Program-made: the position numbers and the translations under genes
The notes under the pieces: generated by a model
Databases searched by the model: none
What the model was told of the DNA's origin: nothing
What the model saw: only the letters and a program-made list of their open reading frames with translations
In this document: in pieces, positions 15,513 to 24,821 of the stretch
Layout of the letters: each line of letters starts with the position of its first letter
Numbering within the stretch: the first letter of the stretch is position 1
Source: a virus
Taxonomy: Duplodnaviria; Caudoviricetes
Reading direction: 5' to 3' (one strand)
Virus record (IMG/VR): IMGVR_UViG_3300049165_000059
Coordinates: 1 to 30,118 of that record
DNA length: 30,118 nt

Positions 15513-15940
15513 AGGATGTCCCCCGCCGCGTACGCCATCGCGGACACGGCGTGGGGGACGTGCCGGTTGAACGCGGGGATCATGTACGGCTGCGGTGCCG
15601 TGCCGGGGTGCTGCACACGGGCTACGGGATGCCGGGCGCCGGGCCACCACAGAGCTTGCGCGGTGCGGGGCCGGATCTCGTGCGGCGCCGTCCCGAACTC
15701 GATGTGTCCGCCGTAGGAGGCGTAGGGGCCGGCCTCAAACCCCAGCCGGTCCTCGTCCAGGTCGACACCGATCGTGGACCGCAGGTGCCCCGTATCGACG
15801 GGTGCGTTCACCTGACCGGTGCGGACCACATCATGGCCCGTTTTGTCCACGATCCGCTCGGTCTTCTCCCGCACCCGGCGACCCGCGGACCCGAGGTCGT
15901 CGGCGAGGCGACGCACCTCCGACACGTCCACACGCATCAC
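15509..15940 (-). CDS. HK97 gp10-family tail completion protein
   Basis: APVDTGHLRSTI, IEFGT, HPGT.PQPYMIPA motifs. Confidence 0.92.
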   Translation of the reverse strand: MMRVDVSEVRRLADDLGSAGRRVREKTERIVDKTGHDVVRTGQVNAPVDTGHLRSTIGVDLDEDRLGFEAGPYASYGGHIEFGTAPHEIRPRTAQALWWPGARHPVARVQHPGTAPQPYMIPAFNRHVPHAVSAMAYAAGDIL

Positions 15941-16359
15941 GCCGCCCCCTCCTGGAGTTCTTCAGCGACAACGTTCCGCTGCCACTGCTCCGACGAGTAC
16001 GCCACGTCCACCACCCGCACCGCGACGCCGACGAGCCCCGCGTCCGCCGCGGCGGTGACCGTGACGGTGTCACCGACCTGGATTGGGTCCGTGTCGTACA
16101 GGACGCCGATGTCGTAGCGGCGGGGTGTGACCTGCCAGTCCCCTGCGGCGCGGTGCCGCTCATCAGTGCGGGGCACGAACCGGCACGGCCCCTCGTACAC
16201 CGTCGCCGCCGGGGGCGGGGTAACGGTGCCGTCCGGCCCAGTCGTCGCGGCACCGGTCCGGCGGGTGATCGCGCACGCCGCAGTCATCGCCGACGACGCC
16301 ACCGGCCGGTGATGGCTGTTCCAGTCCGCGTGGAAGACGCCCGTCCCTTCCAGCGGCAC
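15937..16359 (-). CDS. Head-tail stopper (DUF6093-like)
   Basis: MTAACAITR, TVYEGPCR and GDTVTVT motifs; position after the adaptor. Confidence 0.8.
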   Translation of the reverse strand: MPLEGTGVFHADWNSHHRPVASSAMTAACAITRRTGAATTGPDGTVTPPPAATVYEGPCRFVPRTDERHRAAGDWQVTPRRYDIGVLYDTDPIQVGDTVTVTAAADAGLVGVAVRVVDVAYSSEQWQRNVVAEELQEGAA

Positions 16360-16362
16360 CGG

Positions 16363-16764
16363 TCAGCCCTCCAGCCACTCGGCGGCCTCACCGCTGTAGC
16401 GGCGGCGGTACGGGTCACGGAAGTCCACGACATCGAACCCGCCACCATCGGTGGCGTCGTCGTCCTCGTCGTCGTCGGCCTGTTCCCGCAGCCTCGCAGC
16501 CCGCGCGAGAAGCGCGTCCGAGACCTTCGCGCCGTCCGTGGTGAGGTCCTGCGTCTTGATGACCTTGGAGACCATCGCCTCCGAGGACGCCGCAGTCTCC
16601 AGCGCCGCCGCCGCGGCACGCTTAATCAGGGCTGTGCCCGACCCGCGCGCCATGCTCAGGAACGCCTCGATCTGCGCGTCACTGAACAGCAGCCCCGCAG
16701 TCTCGTTGACGTCCGGGACGAGGAGACGCACCTTGCCGACATCGGTCTCGTAGTCGATCGCCAT
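16363..16764 (-). CDS. Head-tail adaptor
   Basis: VGKVRLLVPD, LFSDAQIEAFL and IKTQDLTTDG motifs; SD GGAGGAGG. Confidence 0.85.
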   Translation of the reverse strand: MAIDYETDVGKVRLLVPDVNETAGLLFSDAQIEAFLSMARGSGTALIKRAAAAALETAASSEAMVSKVIKTQDLTTDGAKVSDALLARAARLREQADDDEDDDATDGGGFDVVDFRDPYRRRYSGEAAEWLEG

Positions 16765-16781
16765 GGCGTCCCCTCCTCCCG

Positions 16782-17027
16782 TCAGGTCGCGATGACGCCG
16801 GCGGCCCGCAGCGACGCCAGTAGCGCGTTGAGTTGATCCTTGGTCTCGTTGATCAGGTCGGCCTCGGGCTGACCGTACGTCGCGTCAGCGTCTGCCGTCG
16901 CGACGCTCGCGACGGCCGCGCCCTGGTCGAACCCCGCCACATCGTCGGGGAGTTGCGCGTTGGGGATCTTGCCGTCGGTGTCGAGGGTGGCCAGCCCGCC
17001 AGGCTGGCCCTTCGCGGTCTCGGCCAT
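16782..17027 (-). CDS. Head fibre / decoration-like protein (81 aa)
   Basis: GLATLDTDGKIP..QLP fibre motif and C-terminal QLNALLASLRAAGVIA motif. Confidence 0.65.
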   Translation of the reverse strand: MAETAKGQPGGLATLDTDGKIPNAQLPDDVAGFDQGAAVASVATADADATYGQPEADLINETKDQLNALLASLRAAGVIAT

Positions 17028-17428
17028 CAGGTGTCCTCGCCCTTCTTCGGCGTCGGCTTCGCAGTGGTCGTCTTGGTGGTGCGCCGCGGCGCGGACTTCG
17101 TCTTAGACGCCTTCACAGGCGCGGGCTCCGCCACGGCGGAAGGTTTCGGGGACCGGCGTCGGGGAGTGGAGGAGCGGGCCGGGCGCACAGCAGCACCCGA
17201 CCCGCCCGTGTCCTCGACGGGGCCAGAGGACACACCCCTACCGCCCTCGGGGGCCGGGACGGCAGGCTCACGAAGCTCCACCTCCCCCTCACCACCGGTC
17301 GGCGGCGGTGAGGGCGGGAGACGGTCCAGCATCTCCCCGAGACGCCCCTCAACGTCACCGAGACGGTCGTGGATCGCCTTCAGGTACCGCTGTGTCCCAT
17401 CCCGGGGGGTCGGTAGCCCGTCACCCAT
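17027..17428 (-). CDS. Hypothetical protein with Lys/Thr/Pro-rich tail (133 aa)
   Basis: ATG at 17428 just after the capsid stop; LPTP...YLKAIHDRL helix then a basic low-complexity tail. Confidence 0.7.
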   Translation of the reverse strand: MGDGLPTPRDGTQRYLKAIHDRLGDVEGRLGEMLDRLPPSPPPTGGEGEVELREPAVPAPEGGRGVSSGPVEDTGGSGAAVRPARSSTPRRRSPKPSAVAEPAPVKASKTKSAPRRTTKTTTAKPTPKKGEDT

Positions 17429-17432
17429 CGGA

Positions 17433-18617
17433 TCAGGCCCCGCCGCCGTCCGACGCGACACCCATCTTCGGGTCCATCAGCGTCCCACCCAGGACGTGGC
17501 GGACCTTGTGGCGGATCGCGTCGGTCTCGAAGTCGCCGTCCTCCACGGGCGCCATCCCGCCACCGACCCGCATGCTGTCGGGGGCCTTGACGAACACCTC
17601 GGGCTGCTCGTGACCGCGGAGGAAACCGACCTCCATCGCCGGGCGACCGGCCATGGTCTGCCCGAACAGGTACCACGCCGAGTTGCCGGTGGTGGTGTCC
17701 ACGATCGGGAGCCACGGGTTCACGATCGGCGTGACCCTGCGGGACAGCCAGTTGTTCACCCGAAGCTGGTTCGAGCCGGTGCCGTCGCCGCCACCGCTGG
17801 CGGCGTCGATCTGCACGGCGTTGAGGATGTTGTTCGCGACGACCTCCAGCGCCGGCGGAACCACCAGGTTCAGCCGGTCGATGAAGATCGGGTTCCCGTC
17901 GCTGTCGCGCTGCGCGGCGAGGACCGTCATCGCGGCCTCCAGCGCCTCCACGCTCAGGGCCGGGTTGTCGGTGACGACGTTGCCGTTCCCCGCAGAGAAG
18001 AACGTCGAGTTCGGGCCCGTGCTGGACGCGTACAGCTCGGTGACGAACTTGTCCTCCGTCATCCGCGCCGCCCGACCCAGGATCAGCGGCAGCTCCCTGA
18101 ACGCGTCGAGGTCGTCGTTGACGCGCATCTCCCACGTCCAGTCCAGACGCCGGCCCCGCTTGGTGACCTTGTACTCGTAGGAGCCGGGCACCACAGCGGC
18201 CTCGGGGTACTCGCCGCGCTCCGGGACCTCAGCGAGCGTCGAAGACGCCCCGTCGAGGGTGAACCGCTTCACGTTGCGGAAGTCGCGGACGGTGCCGCGG
18301 CGGGAGTACTGCTGCCACGTGGACGGCCAGTCCTGGTACGCGCCGAGGACCTGACGGTCCAGGATGTCGGCGAACAGCAGGGAGAAGTCCGAGATGGTCA
18401 TGGCCTCCTCGAAGTCGAGGATGGCGCGCTTGGAGCCCTGCACGGCGCGTTCGTACAGCCGTGCCGCCTCCACCAGATGCCGCTGGTAGGTGCGGTCCGT
18501 TCCCCGGCGCTGCCGGACACCGCGGATGCTGCGGCCGCCGCCCTCCGACAGCCACGAAGGGCTGGCCTGCTCCGCGGGGCGAGTGCCCTCATCCGGCAGG
18601 GTCGTGAGATCCGTCAT
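17433..18617 (-). CDS. Major capsid protein (Mu gpT-like, HK97 fold)
   Basis: ATG at 18617 after GGAAAGGA; EAMTISDF, VRDFR, VPERGEY, VNDDLDAF, LVVPPALE and KVRH..G motifs. Confidence 0.93.
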   Translation of the reverse strand: MTDLTTLPDEGTRPAEQASPSWLSEGGGRSIRGVRQRRGTDRTYQRHLVEAARLYERAVQGSKRAILDFEEAMTISDFSLLFADILDRQVLGAYQDWPSTWQQYSRRGTVRDFRNVKRFTLDGASSTLAEVPERGEYPEAAVVPGSYEYKVTKRGRRLDWTWEMRVNDDLDAFRELPLILGRAARMTEDKFVTELYASSTGPNSTFFSAGNGNVVTDNPALSVEALEAAMTVLAAQRDSDGNPIFIDRLNLVVPPALEVVANNILNAVQIDAASGGGDGTGSNQLRVNNWLSRRVTPIVNPWLPIVDTTTGNSAWYLFGQTMAGRPAMEVGFLRGHEQPEVFVKAPDSMRVGGGMAPVEDGDFETDAIRHKVRHVLGGTLMDPKMGVASDGGGA

Positions 18618-18639
18618 GACGTGTGGTCCTTTCCGGCTC

Positions 18640-19014
18640 TCAGTAGCCGACCTTGACGCGGATGGTGGACGTCGCCCCGGAGGACACGGCCTCCAGCGCG
18701 TAGCCGAACCGGACACCGTTGGAGGCGTCGGCGTTCAACTTGTGGGGGGTCGCGGCGGAGTCGTAGTACACGAGCGCGCCGACCGCGATGGCGGCGTCGG
18801 TGGTCGTCTCGCCCTTCACCGGCAGGTCGAACACGCCGTCGGTCTGGATGGTGGCGTTGCCGTCGTCGTCCTCGGTGGTGAGCGCCACCCCCGGGAGCTG
18901 ACCGATCACGACCGGGTCACCGGACAGGACCAGCCCGTCGGTGCCGGTGCCGGTGACGCCGGACACGTCCGCCTCGAACTGGCGTCCGCGCTCGAACACA
19001 CGGTTGGTTGCCAT
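18640..19014 (-). CDS. Capsid cement/decoration protein (DUF2190-like)
   Basis: MATN..., SGDPVVIG..GVAL, GVFDLPV and FGYALEAV motifs; lies between scaffold and capsid. Confidence 0.85.
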   Translation of the reverse strand: MATNRVFERGRQFEADVSGVTGTGTDGLVLSGDPVVIGQLPGVALTTEDDDGNATIQTDGVFDLPVKGETTTDAAIAVGALVYYDSAATPHKLNADASNGVRFGYALEAVSSGATSTIRVKVGY

Positions 19015-19015
19015 G

Positions 19016-19576
19016 TCAGCCACGTCCCTTCGCTGCCGTGGTGGCGGCGCTCTCGCTCATGCCGATGGTCTGGAACACCTCGGCGAGTTCGCCCTCGACG
19101 TTGACCTGCGGCTCGTCGCCACCGCCGAGGCCGCGGACCTGCCCGACGCCGGCCTCCTCCGCGAAAGCCGTCAGGTAGGAACGCTGGTCCTCGATCGCCG
19201 TGCGGATGTTCTTGACCAGCGCGGCCTCGTCGAGGCTGCCCTCGTCGTTCAGGGGAACGTTGTCGCCGGTGACGGCCTCGATGACGCGGGCGTGCGCGAC
19301 CTTCGGTAGCGTCGACTCCGCGAGGGTGGCGGTGGCCTTGGTGCGGGCGGCGTCGTTCGCGCGGAGACGCAGGTTCTCCTTGCGGGCCTCGTCGAGCTGC
19401 GTCTTGGTCTCGGCGAGTTCCCGCTCGTTCTCGCCGTGCTTGGCGATCGTCAGCTCGGCCTCAGCGAGCTTCGCCTTGGTCTCGGCGAGCTCGGTCCGCA
19501 GCGCGGACTCACTCACCTCGGTCGTCTGGGCGCCGCCGCTGGGCGGTGCGCCCTGGACGGTGGTGCTCTCGGTCAT
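19016..19576 (-). CDS. Nested in-frame scaffolding protein (186 aa)
   Basis: AAGGAGGAGG-CTCTC-ATG at 19576, in frame, immediately before the coiled-coil region. Confidence 0.65.
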   Translation of the reverse strand: MTESTTVQGAPPSGGAQTTEVSESALRTELAETKAKLAEAELTIAKHGENERELAETKTQLDEARKENLRLRANDAARTKATATLAESTLPKVAHARVIEAVTGDNVPLNDEGSLDEAALVKNIRTAIEDQRSYLTAFAEEAGVGQVRGLGGGDEPQVNVEGELAEVFQTIGMSESAATTAAKGRG

Positions 19577-20455
19577 GAGAGCCTCCTCCTTCATGGGCTG
19601 TGCCGGCGGCGCCGGCGACTTGTGTTCCGCCTCAACGGCGGGGTCGGTAGGGGGCGGTTCGGTCTCGGACGCGGACGTCAAGGAGCCAGACGTAGACCAG
19701 TGATCCGGGATCATGTCGGACTTCCCGAGCGCCTTCGCGCGGCGGACGATGTAGGCGCGGATCTTGTTGTGGGAAGATCCGCCGCGGCCGACCGCGCGGA
19801 TCGCCCTGCGGAGGTCTTCCTCATCGGCGATGGGGTACGACGGTTCGCCCTGGTCGTTCTTGATAGCCTGGCCCTTGGCGAGCATCTGCCGGAGCTGCTC
19901 CGCGCTGTACTTCGCCTCGCTGACATCCGCGTCGCCTGCGCTGTGATTCCGCGCGGATTCCAGCAGAGCCATGACCTTCCCCCCCGCCCCGGCCCGGGTC
20001 ACGAAGTCGACGCTGATGCCCTCGGTGAGCGCGGTGATGATCGGCCCGCGAATGCTCTCGTCGTGGCTGGGCTCGGCGATCCCTGCCGCGCGGATGGACA
20101 TGCCGATCGCGTCGGCGACTCCCTCGATGAGGGGGGCGTAGTGGGGGAACACCTCGATGTCGGCGTACAGGCCGTCACGCTCGTAGGTGGCGTCGGTGGT
20201 GAGGCGGCCCGCGAGGTCCTTCACGGATCGTTCGGGGCGGTCGGACGCTTCGGTCATCGACGGGTGATCGCAGTAGACGTGCGTGCCTGCGGGGAACGCA
20301 GTCGGTCCGTCGCGGCGGAGGGTCTCAACGGGGTAGAACCCGGAGCTGCCCTGGATGCCGCCCTCGATGAGGCGGGCGCGGAAGCGTCGGGATGTGGGCG
20401 TGCCGGACGCCGCCTCTACGAGCGGCGCGGTCTCGGAGAGGCGAACATCAGGCAA
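19016..20455 (-). CDS. Capsid maturation protease-scaffold fusion with inserted domain
   Basis: TTG start with SD AAGGAG; YCDHP, ERSVKDLAG, IGMSIRA and SVDFVTRAGAGG protease motifs; coiled-coil C-terminus. Confidence 0.88.
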   Translation of the reverse strand: MPDVRLSETAPLVEAASGTPTSRRFRARLIEGGIQGSSGFYPVETLRRDGPTAFPAGTHVYCDHPSMTEASDRPERSVKDLAGRLTTDATYERDGLYADIEVFPHYAPLIEGVADAIGMSIRAAGIAEPSHDESIRGPIITALTEGISVDFVTRAGAGGKVMALLESARNHSAGDADVSEAKYSAEQLRQMLAKGQAIKNDQGEPSYPIADEEDLRRAIRAVGRGGSSHNKIRAYIVRRAKALGKSDMIPDHWSTSGSLTSASETEPPPTDPAVEAEHKSPAPPAQPMKEEALMTESTTVQGAPPSGGAQTTEVSESALRTELAETKAKLAEAELTIAKHGENERELAETKTQLDEARKENLRLRANDAARTKATATLAESTLPKVAHARVIEAVTGDNVPLNDEGSLDEAALVKNIRTAIEDQRSYLTAFAEEAGVGQVRGLGGGDEPQVNVEGELAEVFQTIGMSESAATTAAKGRG

Positions 20456-20473
20456 GGCGCTGCTCCTTCGGTC

Positions 20474-21517
20474 TTACGTGCTGGCCAGATCTCTGACCGG
20501 GGTTGGGGTGTACGAGTCGCGCCAGCCGGGATTCTGGCGCCGCCGGGCGAGGTCACGCCACGCGACCCGGCCGGAGTCCAGAGCGGCGAGCCGCGCCGGG
20601 CCCATGATCTGTAGCTGCTGGTCGCGGGGCAGCGCCCTGAACGTCGCCTCCGCGTCCGGGATCACGTCTTCGGGTTCGTCCATGTCGATTCCGAGGTCAC
20701 GCCACGACACAGCCTTTGGGGCTCTGCTGCAGCGGCACTGCTGGTGGCCCAGCGGCCCCGGCTCGGTGAGTGGGTGCTGCGTGCCGTGGAGACTCCAACA
20801 TGCGGCACAGGTCCGGGAGTCGAGACGGGCGAGCCAGGTCCATCCCTGCAGCACGTCACGGGACGCGTCCTGCGTCGCCCTCGCCGCCTCACGCCAACTG
20901 TCGATGACCTCAGTCCTAGCGATCACCAAGGCGCGGCTGAGACCGCCGTTGAAGGCGCCCTCCACCCGGCCCACCATCCGCCGCGCCGTCTCCCTGGGGT
21001 TCGTGCCCGTCCGGACACCCCGCACCAGCTCGATGCGCATCGCCGCGACCGCGTCCGGCGTCAGTGGGCGCGTCAACGAGTGGATGCGTTGCCGGGTGCG
21101 GGCACGGATCGCGTCAATCGCGCGTTGGTGGAACCCGCCCGGCACGGCGGAGGCAGCAGCGTGACCGGGCGGGAGCTGCGAGGCGATGACGCTGCTCTGA
21201 TCGTCGGCGGCGCGTTCGGTAACAGCGTCGGCGGCACGGTTCGTCTCCGTCACCACCAGGTCGGTGAGGGCGTCCAGGGCACGCTCGGCGGCGGTGAGGG
21301 CTTCCTGTAGGGCGGGGTGGGTGTCGATGGTGCGGCGCCCCGGCCACTCCTCCCCGTCGCCCACCATGTCCTCGATCGCGGTAGTGAACAGGCGAGCGAG
21401 GACGTCCCACGCCTTCACCCACGCCGCAGTCAGTGCCCGCACAGCGGCGTCCACGACTCTCCCGACCGCTGTGACGGCGGCGCGGGCCAAACCCATCGTG
21501 CGGGACGTGAACGCCAT
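20474..21517 (-). CDS. MuF-like minor head protein
   Basis: RALVIARTE, WTWLARLDSRTC..C, HQQCRC motifs. Confidence 0.92.
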   Translation of the reverse strand: MAFTSRTMGLARAAVTAVGRVVDAAVRALTAAWVKAWDVLARLFTTAIEDMVGDGEEWPGRRTIDTHPALQEALTAAERALDALTDLVVTETNRAADAVTERAADDQSSVIASQLPPGHAAASAVPGGFHQRAIDAIRARTRQRIHSLTRPLTPDAVAAMRIELVRGVRTGTNPRETARRMVGRVEGAFNGGLSRALVIARTEVIDSWREAARATQDASRDVLQGWTWLARLDSRTCAACWSLHGTQHPLTEPGPLGHQQCRCSRAPKAVSWRDLGIDMDEPEDVIPDAEATFRALPRDQQLQIMGPARLAALDSGRVAWRDLARRRQNPGWRDSYTPTPVRDLAST

Positions 21518-21732
21518 CAGCCTGGAGAAGGCGCCTGATGGATGCTGATCGAGACGATGTGACCCGCAGCGATCATCGTGAGACCGCCGCCCGGTCTCGG
21601 GTAGCTCAACGAGTTCAGGTCACGGAGGATCCGCCCTGACTGTTCAGTTGCCGCATCCATCGACTCGAAGTCCGACGTGGTGAAGACGTGCTTCTCGCCC
21701 GTCACATCCACGACTGTGAACTCAATGCGCAT
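21517..21732 (-). CDS. Hypothetical protein (71 aa)
   Basis: Fills the portal-MuF gap exactly, with a TGATG overlap. Confidence 0.65.
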   Translation of the reverse strand: MRIEFTVVDVTGEKHVFTTSDFESMDAATEQSGRILRDLNSLSYPRPGGGLTMIAAGHIVSISIHQAPSPG

Positions 21733-21741
21733 GGGCCCCGC

Positions 21742-23343
21742 CTATTCGCGTTCGGGTGGTTCAGGGCTGTCCCCACCCGTGAGCGGTGCGGGGTCCTCGC
21801 CGCGGCGGAACCTGTCCGCCGCCGCCTGCCCGGCTGTCACACCCGGCGGGACGAACTCCCCGTCCGGCCCGGTCACTTCGTCGAGGATCTCGTCAACGTC
21901 CTTCACCCCAAGCGCTTGGAGCAGCAGCCGGAGCGTCACCAGCGGCGGCATGTATGTGGTCTGGTCGGCCTTGGTGATCGCGTCGATCATCAGCGACGGG
22001 GGCACCTGATCAATGTCGGGCCAGTCGACGTCGATGGTTGCTTCGGCGCGGCCCCTCAGCTTGAACCGCTCTCTCGTGCCGTCCTGGGTGATGACGCCGC
22101 GGAGTGTGCCTTCGGGGGCGCGGATGCTAGCGAGGATGACGTGGCGGACGATCGCGACGATCGCTTCCTGCCACACCGCGCGCCGCCCGGCGGCCATGTT
22201 CTCCGTCGGGGTGTTCAACGTTTCGGCGGTAGCGCGGGCCCCGACGAGACCAGGGTCACCGAGCAGCATCGTGACCGGGACGTCCAACGCGGCGGCGACC
22301 ATCGCAGCGAGCGGACGGCCCGACTCCGAATCGATCGTGGCGCCCGTCTTCGGGATCGCCTCCAACATCTGATCCGGTGCCTGGATCGCGGTGGCGCCGG
22401 CGTGGTTGGGTTCACCGGTTGAGCGGTCGCGGGTGGGTGCGGCGGCGAGCTTGGTGCGGGCGCTGGCCTGCTTGGAGCCCTTGGAGGTGAGCCGCCACGC
22501 AAACCTGGACAGGGACCGGACCAGCGTGGCCCAGTCGGTGAGGAAATCCTTGTAGGCGCGGGCCCAGTCGATCGCCGCATAGGCGTCCCCGATCCCGAAC
22601 TTCCACCCGGACAGGGCGTTGACCTTGACGTGGACGACGGGCGCGTCCCACCGCACCTCAACGTCCTCACCGGTCACGTCACGGATGCGGCGCAGCCGCG
22701 TGACGGGCCGGTACCCCAGCGCCGGGTAGTACACCACCTTCGGCTTGTCGATCGTCCCCGAGCTGGTGCGGGTCTGCTTCCACGTCTCATGCCGGTAGAA
22801 CCACGGCTCTGAGGAGTCTTCGGGGTTGGTGATGACGTCGGTGACCTCATCCCACGGGAGCAGCCGCATCTGCACACGGCCGTCGCGGGGGTTGGTGAAC
22901 AGCACCGGGAACAGGTTCCCGTCCGTGCCGAGCGCGAGTTCGTTCTGTTCGCGGGCGGTGGCGCCGAAGAACGTGCGGAGGTTCCCCTCGTCCTCCATGA
23001 ACTCTTGGACGACCTTCCCGACCTTCGGGTCACGGGACGTGATCTCCACGCCCTGACCCCACACGTACGCCTGCCGAATGCTCAGGCCACGCTTGATCAG
23101 CGGCGACTTCACCGCCATCACCCGGCACGCCGCCGTTATCTGCCGCAGCCCGTCACGAGAGAACTCATCCGTGGCGCCGGCGGTGAGGGACTCCCAACCC
23201 GGCTCATGCATCCGCGCCTCAAGGTCCGCGAACGACTCCTGTAGGAAGTCGACGGTGCGGCGCTCCACAGCGAGGGCCTCAGCGAGTTCAGCGCGGCCGG
23301 TCGCGCGGTACCACGTCTCCTGGACACGGTCGATCACACCCAC
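21742..23343 (-). CDS. Portal protein
   Basis: 533 aa, directly after TerL and before MuF; SPLIKRG, DGNLF and HVKVN motifs. Confidence 0.9.
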   Translation of the reverse strand: MGVIDRVQETWYRATGRAELAEALAVERRTVDFLQESFADLEARMHEPGWESLTAGATDEFSRDGLRQITAACRVMAVKSPLIKRGLSIRQAYVWGQGVEITSRDPKVGKVVQEFMEDEGNLRTFFGATAREQNELALGTDGNLFPVLFTNPRDGRVQMRLLPWDEVTDVITNPEDSSEPWFYRHETWKQTRTSSGTIDKPKVVYYPALGYRPVTRLRRIRDVTGEDVEVRWDAPVVHVKVNALSGWKFGIGDAYAAIDWARAYKDFLTDWATLVRSLSRFAWRLTSKGSKQASARTKLAAAPTRDRSTGEPNHAGATAIQAPDQMLEAIPKTGATIDSESGRPLAAMVAAALDVPVTMLLGDPGLVGARATAETLNTPTENMAAGRRAVWQEAIVAIVRHVILASIRAPEGTLRGVITQDGTRERFKLRGRAEATIDVDWPDIDQVPPSLMIDAITKADQTTYMPPLVTLRLLLQALGVKDVDEILDEVTGPDGEFVPPGVTAGQAAADRFRRGEDPAPLTGGDSPEPPERE

Positions 23344-23366
23344 TGCGCATCCCCCCGGGTCGGTGA

Positions 23367-24821
23367 CTAGTAGGGGCTGATGTCCACGAGCCCGTCCTCG
23401 AAGTCCTCGTCGTCGAGGATCTCGTCGGGTGGCGGCACGTGCGCCTTCGCGAGCATCACCGCGTCCGCCCGGTCAGGGCTGGGCAGGCCACGCTTACGCA
23501 TGTCGTCCTTCGACTCGATCAACACCTGACCGCGGGCCGTGTACTTGTACTTGATCGCACCGAGTTCCGCGGCGAGCTGGTCGTCGGCGGGGTCGATGTC
23601 GATGTCGCCGTCCTCGAACCGCTGCCGCAAACCCCACCACCACTCGGCGCGGGCGTTCACGAAATGCTCCCTATCGGCGGCGGCGGCACCCGACTGCATG
23701 TCCACCACGTCGTGGCCGGCCTCAACGAGTTCGTCGACGACGCCGGAGCCGACACCTACACCGTCCACGCGGATCTCGTGTGCGGCGTGTTCGCGTTTCG
23801 CCACGATGACGTGGCCGGTGGTTTCGGTGGTGCGGAGTTTGGCGTGTTCGGCGACGATCCGCACCACGGGGCCGCGTGCGGTGGCGATGATGGTGGAGTC
23901 CGACCCGAACCGGGCGACGTCCACCCCGAGGACGGTGTGCGGGCCAGGGTTCAGGGTGCGGGCCTGCGCTGCTTCGATCCACCGCGGGGAGATGAGGGTG
24001 TCGTCGCCGATCTCCGGGAAGTCACCCAGAACCTTCGACACGTAGCGGGGGGAGTTCTCGCCCCACCGTTTGCGTTTGTCCTCCACCCACTCCGGTGACA
24101 GCAGCAGCGGCCGCAGCTTCTCCGGGACGGGTTCGTCGGTCAGGTTCGGGGTTTCCAGGCCGTTGATCCGGATGACGTTCCACCCGGAGCCGGGCTTGCA
24201 CACCTTCCCGAACTCGGTGTTCGGATCATCTGGGTTGCCGATCGCGAGGATGCGGCAGTCCGCGTTCGTGGTGATCGCCTCAGCCGCCGTCCACAACTGC
24301 TCCGGCACGCCGCACGCCTCGTCGATGATGACCAGGACGTAGCGGCGGTGGATGCCCTGGAAGCCGTGCTCGTCGGTGTCGGCTGGTTTACGGCCGTACC
24401 CGACGAGGGTGCCGTCGTCTAGTTTCCACTCGTCCGACTGCAGCACTCGCCCGGGCAGCACGTTCCCGGTGGCGGTGGCGCGGCGGACGCCGGCGCGGAT
24501 CTCCTCCCACAGGATCGCATGGACCTGCTGATACGTCGGGGCAGTCGAGGCGACGAACGCCTCACCGGGCGGGTGCGCATCGATCCACCACTGCCCAAGC
24601 GTGGCTGCTAGGAAGCTCTTGCCAGCGTCGTGGCAGGACTTCACTGCGGTGCGGCGTTCGGTCACCACCGACCGGGCGATCTCCCGCTGCTTCGACCACA
24701 GGTGCACACCCTGCTTCGCCCGCGCCCACCCGACCGGATCATCCAGCCACGGGTTCGGTTCAGTGGACGCTTCGAGTTGGTCAGCCGCCCGAGACAACAC
24801 GGAGGTGGCGGGCAACACCAC
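23367..24821 (-). CDS. terL: Terminase large subunit
   Basis: Walker A KSCHDAGKS, Walker B VIIDEA, IGNP coupling motif, nuclease motifs GVDVARFGSD and SPDRADA. Confidence 0.96.
   Translation of the reverse strand: MVLPATSVLSRAADQLEASTEPNPWLDDPVGWARAKQGVHLWSKQREIARSVVTERRTAVKSCHDAGKSFLAATLGQWWIDAHPPGEAFVASTAPTYQQVHAILWEEIRAGVRRATATGNVLPGRVLQSDEWKLDDGTLVGYGRKPADTDEHGFQGIHRRYVLVIIDEACGVPEQLWTAAEAITTNADCRILAIGNPDDPNTEFGKVCKPGSGWNVIRINGLETPNLTDEPVPEKLRPLLLSPEWVEDKRKRWGENSPRYVSKVLGDFPEIGDDTLISPRWIEAAQARTLNPGPHTVLGVDVARFGSDSTIIATARGPVVRIVAEHAKLRTTETTGHVIVAKREHAAHEIRVDGVGVGSGVVDELVEAGHDVVDMQSGAAAADREHFVNARAEWWWGLRQRFEDGDIDIDPADDQLAAELGAIKYKYTARGQVLIESKDDMRKRGLPSPDRADAVMLAKAHVPPPDEILDDEDFEDGLVDISPY

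Noticed and set aside
4915-18716. Extended N-termini in the ORF track (e.g. starts at 5631, 6080, 9498, 15650, 18716)
   Set aside because: They overlap upstream genes extensively; downstream starts with an SD or stop-start overlap fit better.
20474-21517. MuF as a polymorphic toxin carrier
   Set aside because: The protein ends shortly after the HxxCRC motif with no toxin extension, and no immunity gene follows.
23367-24821. Intein or intron in terL (also portal and capsid)
   Set aside because: Lengths are ordinary, motifs are contiguous, and there is no splice-junction or LAGLIDADG signature.
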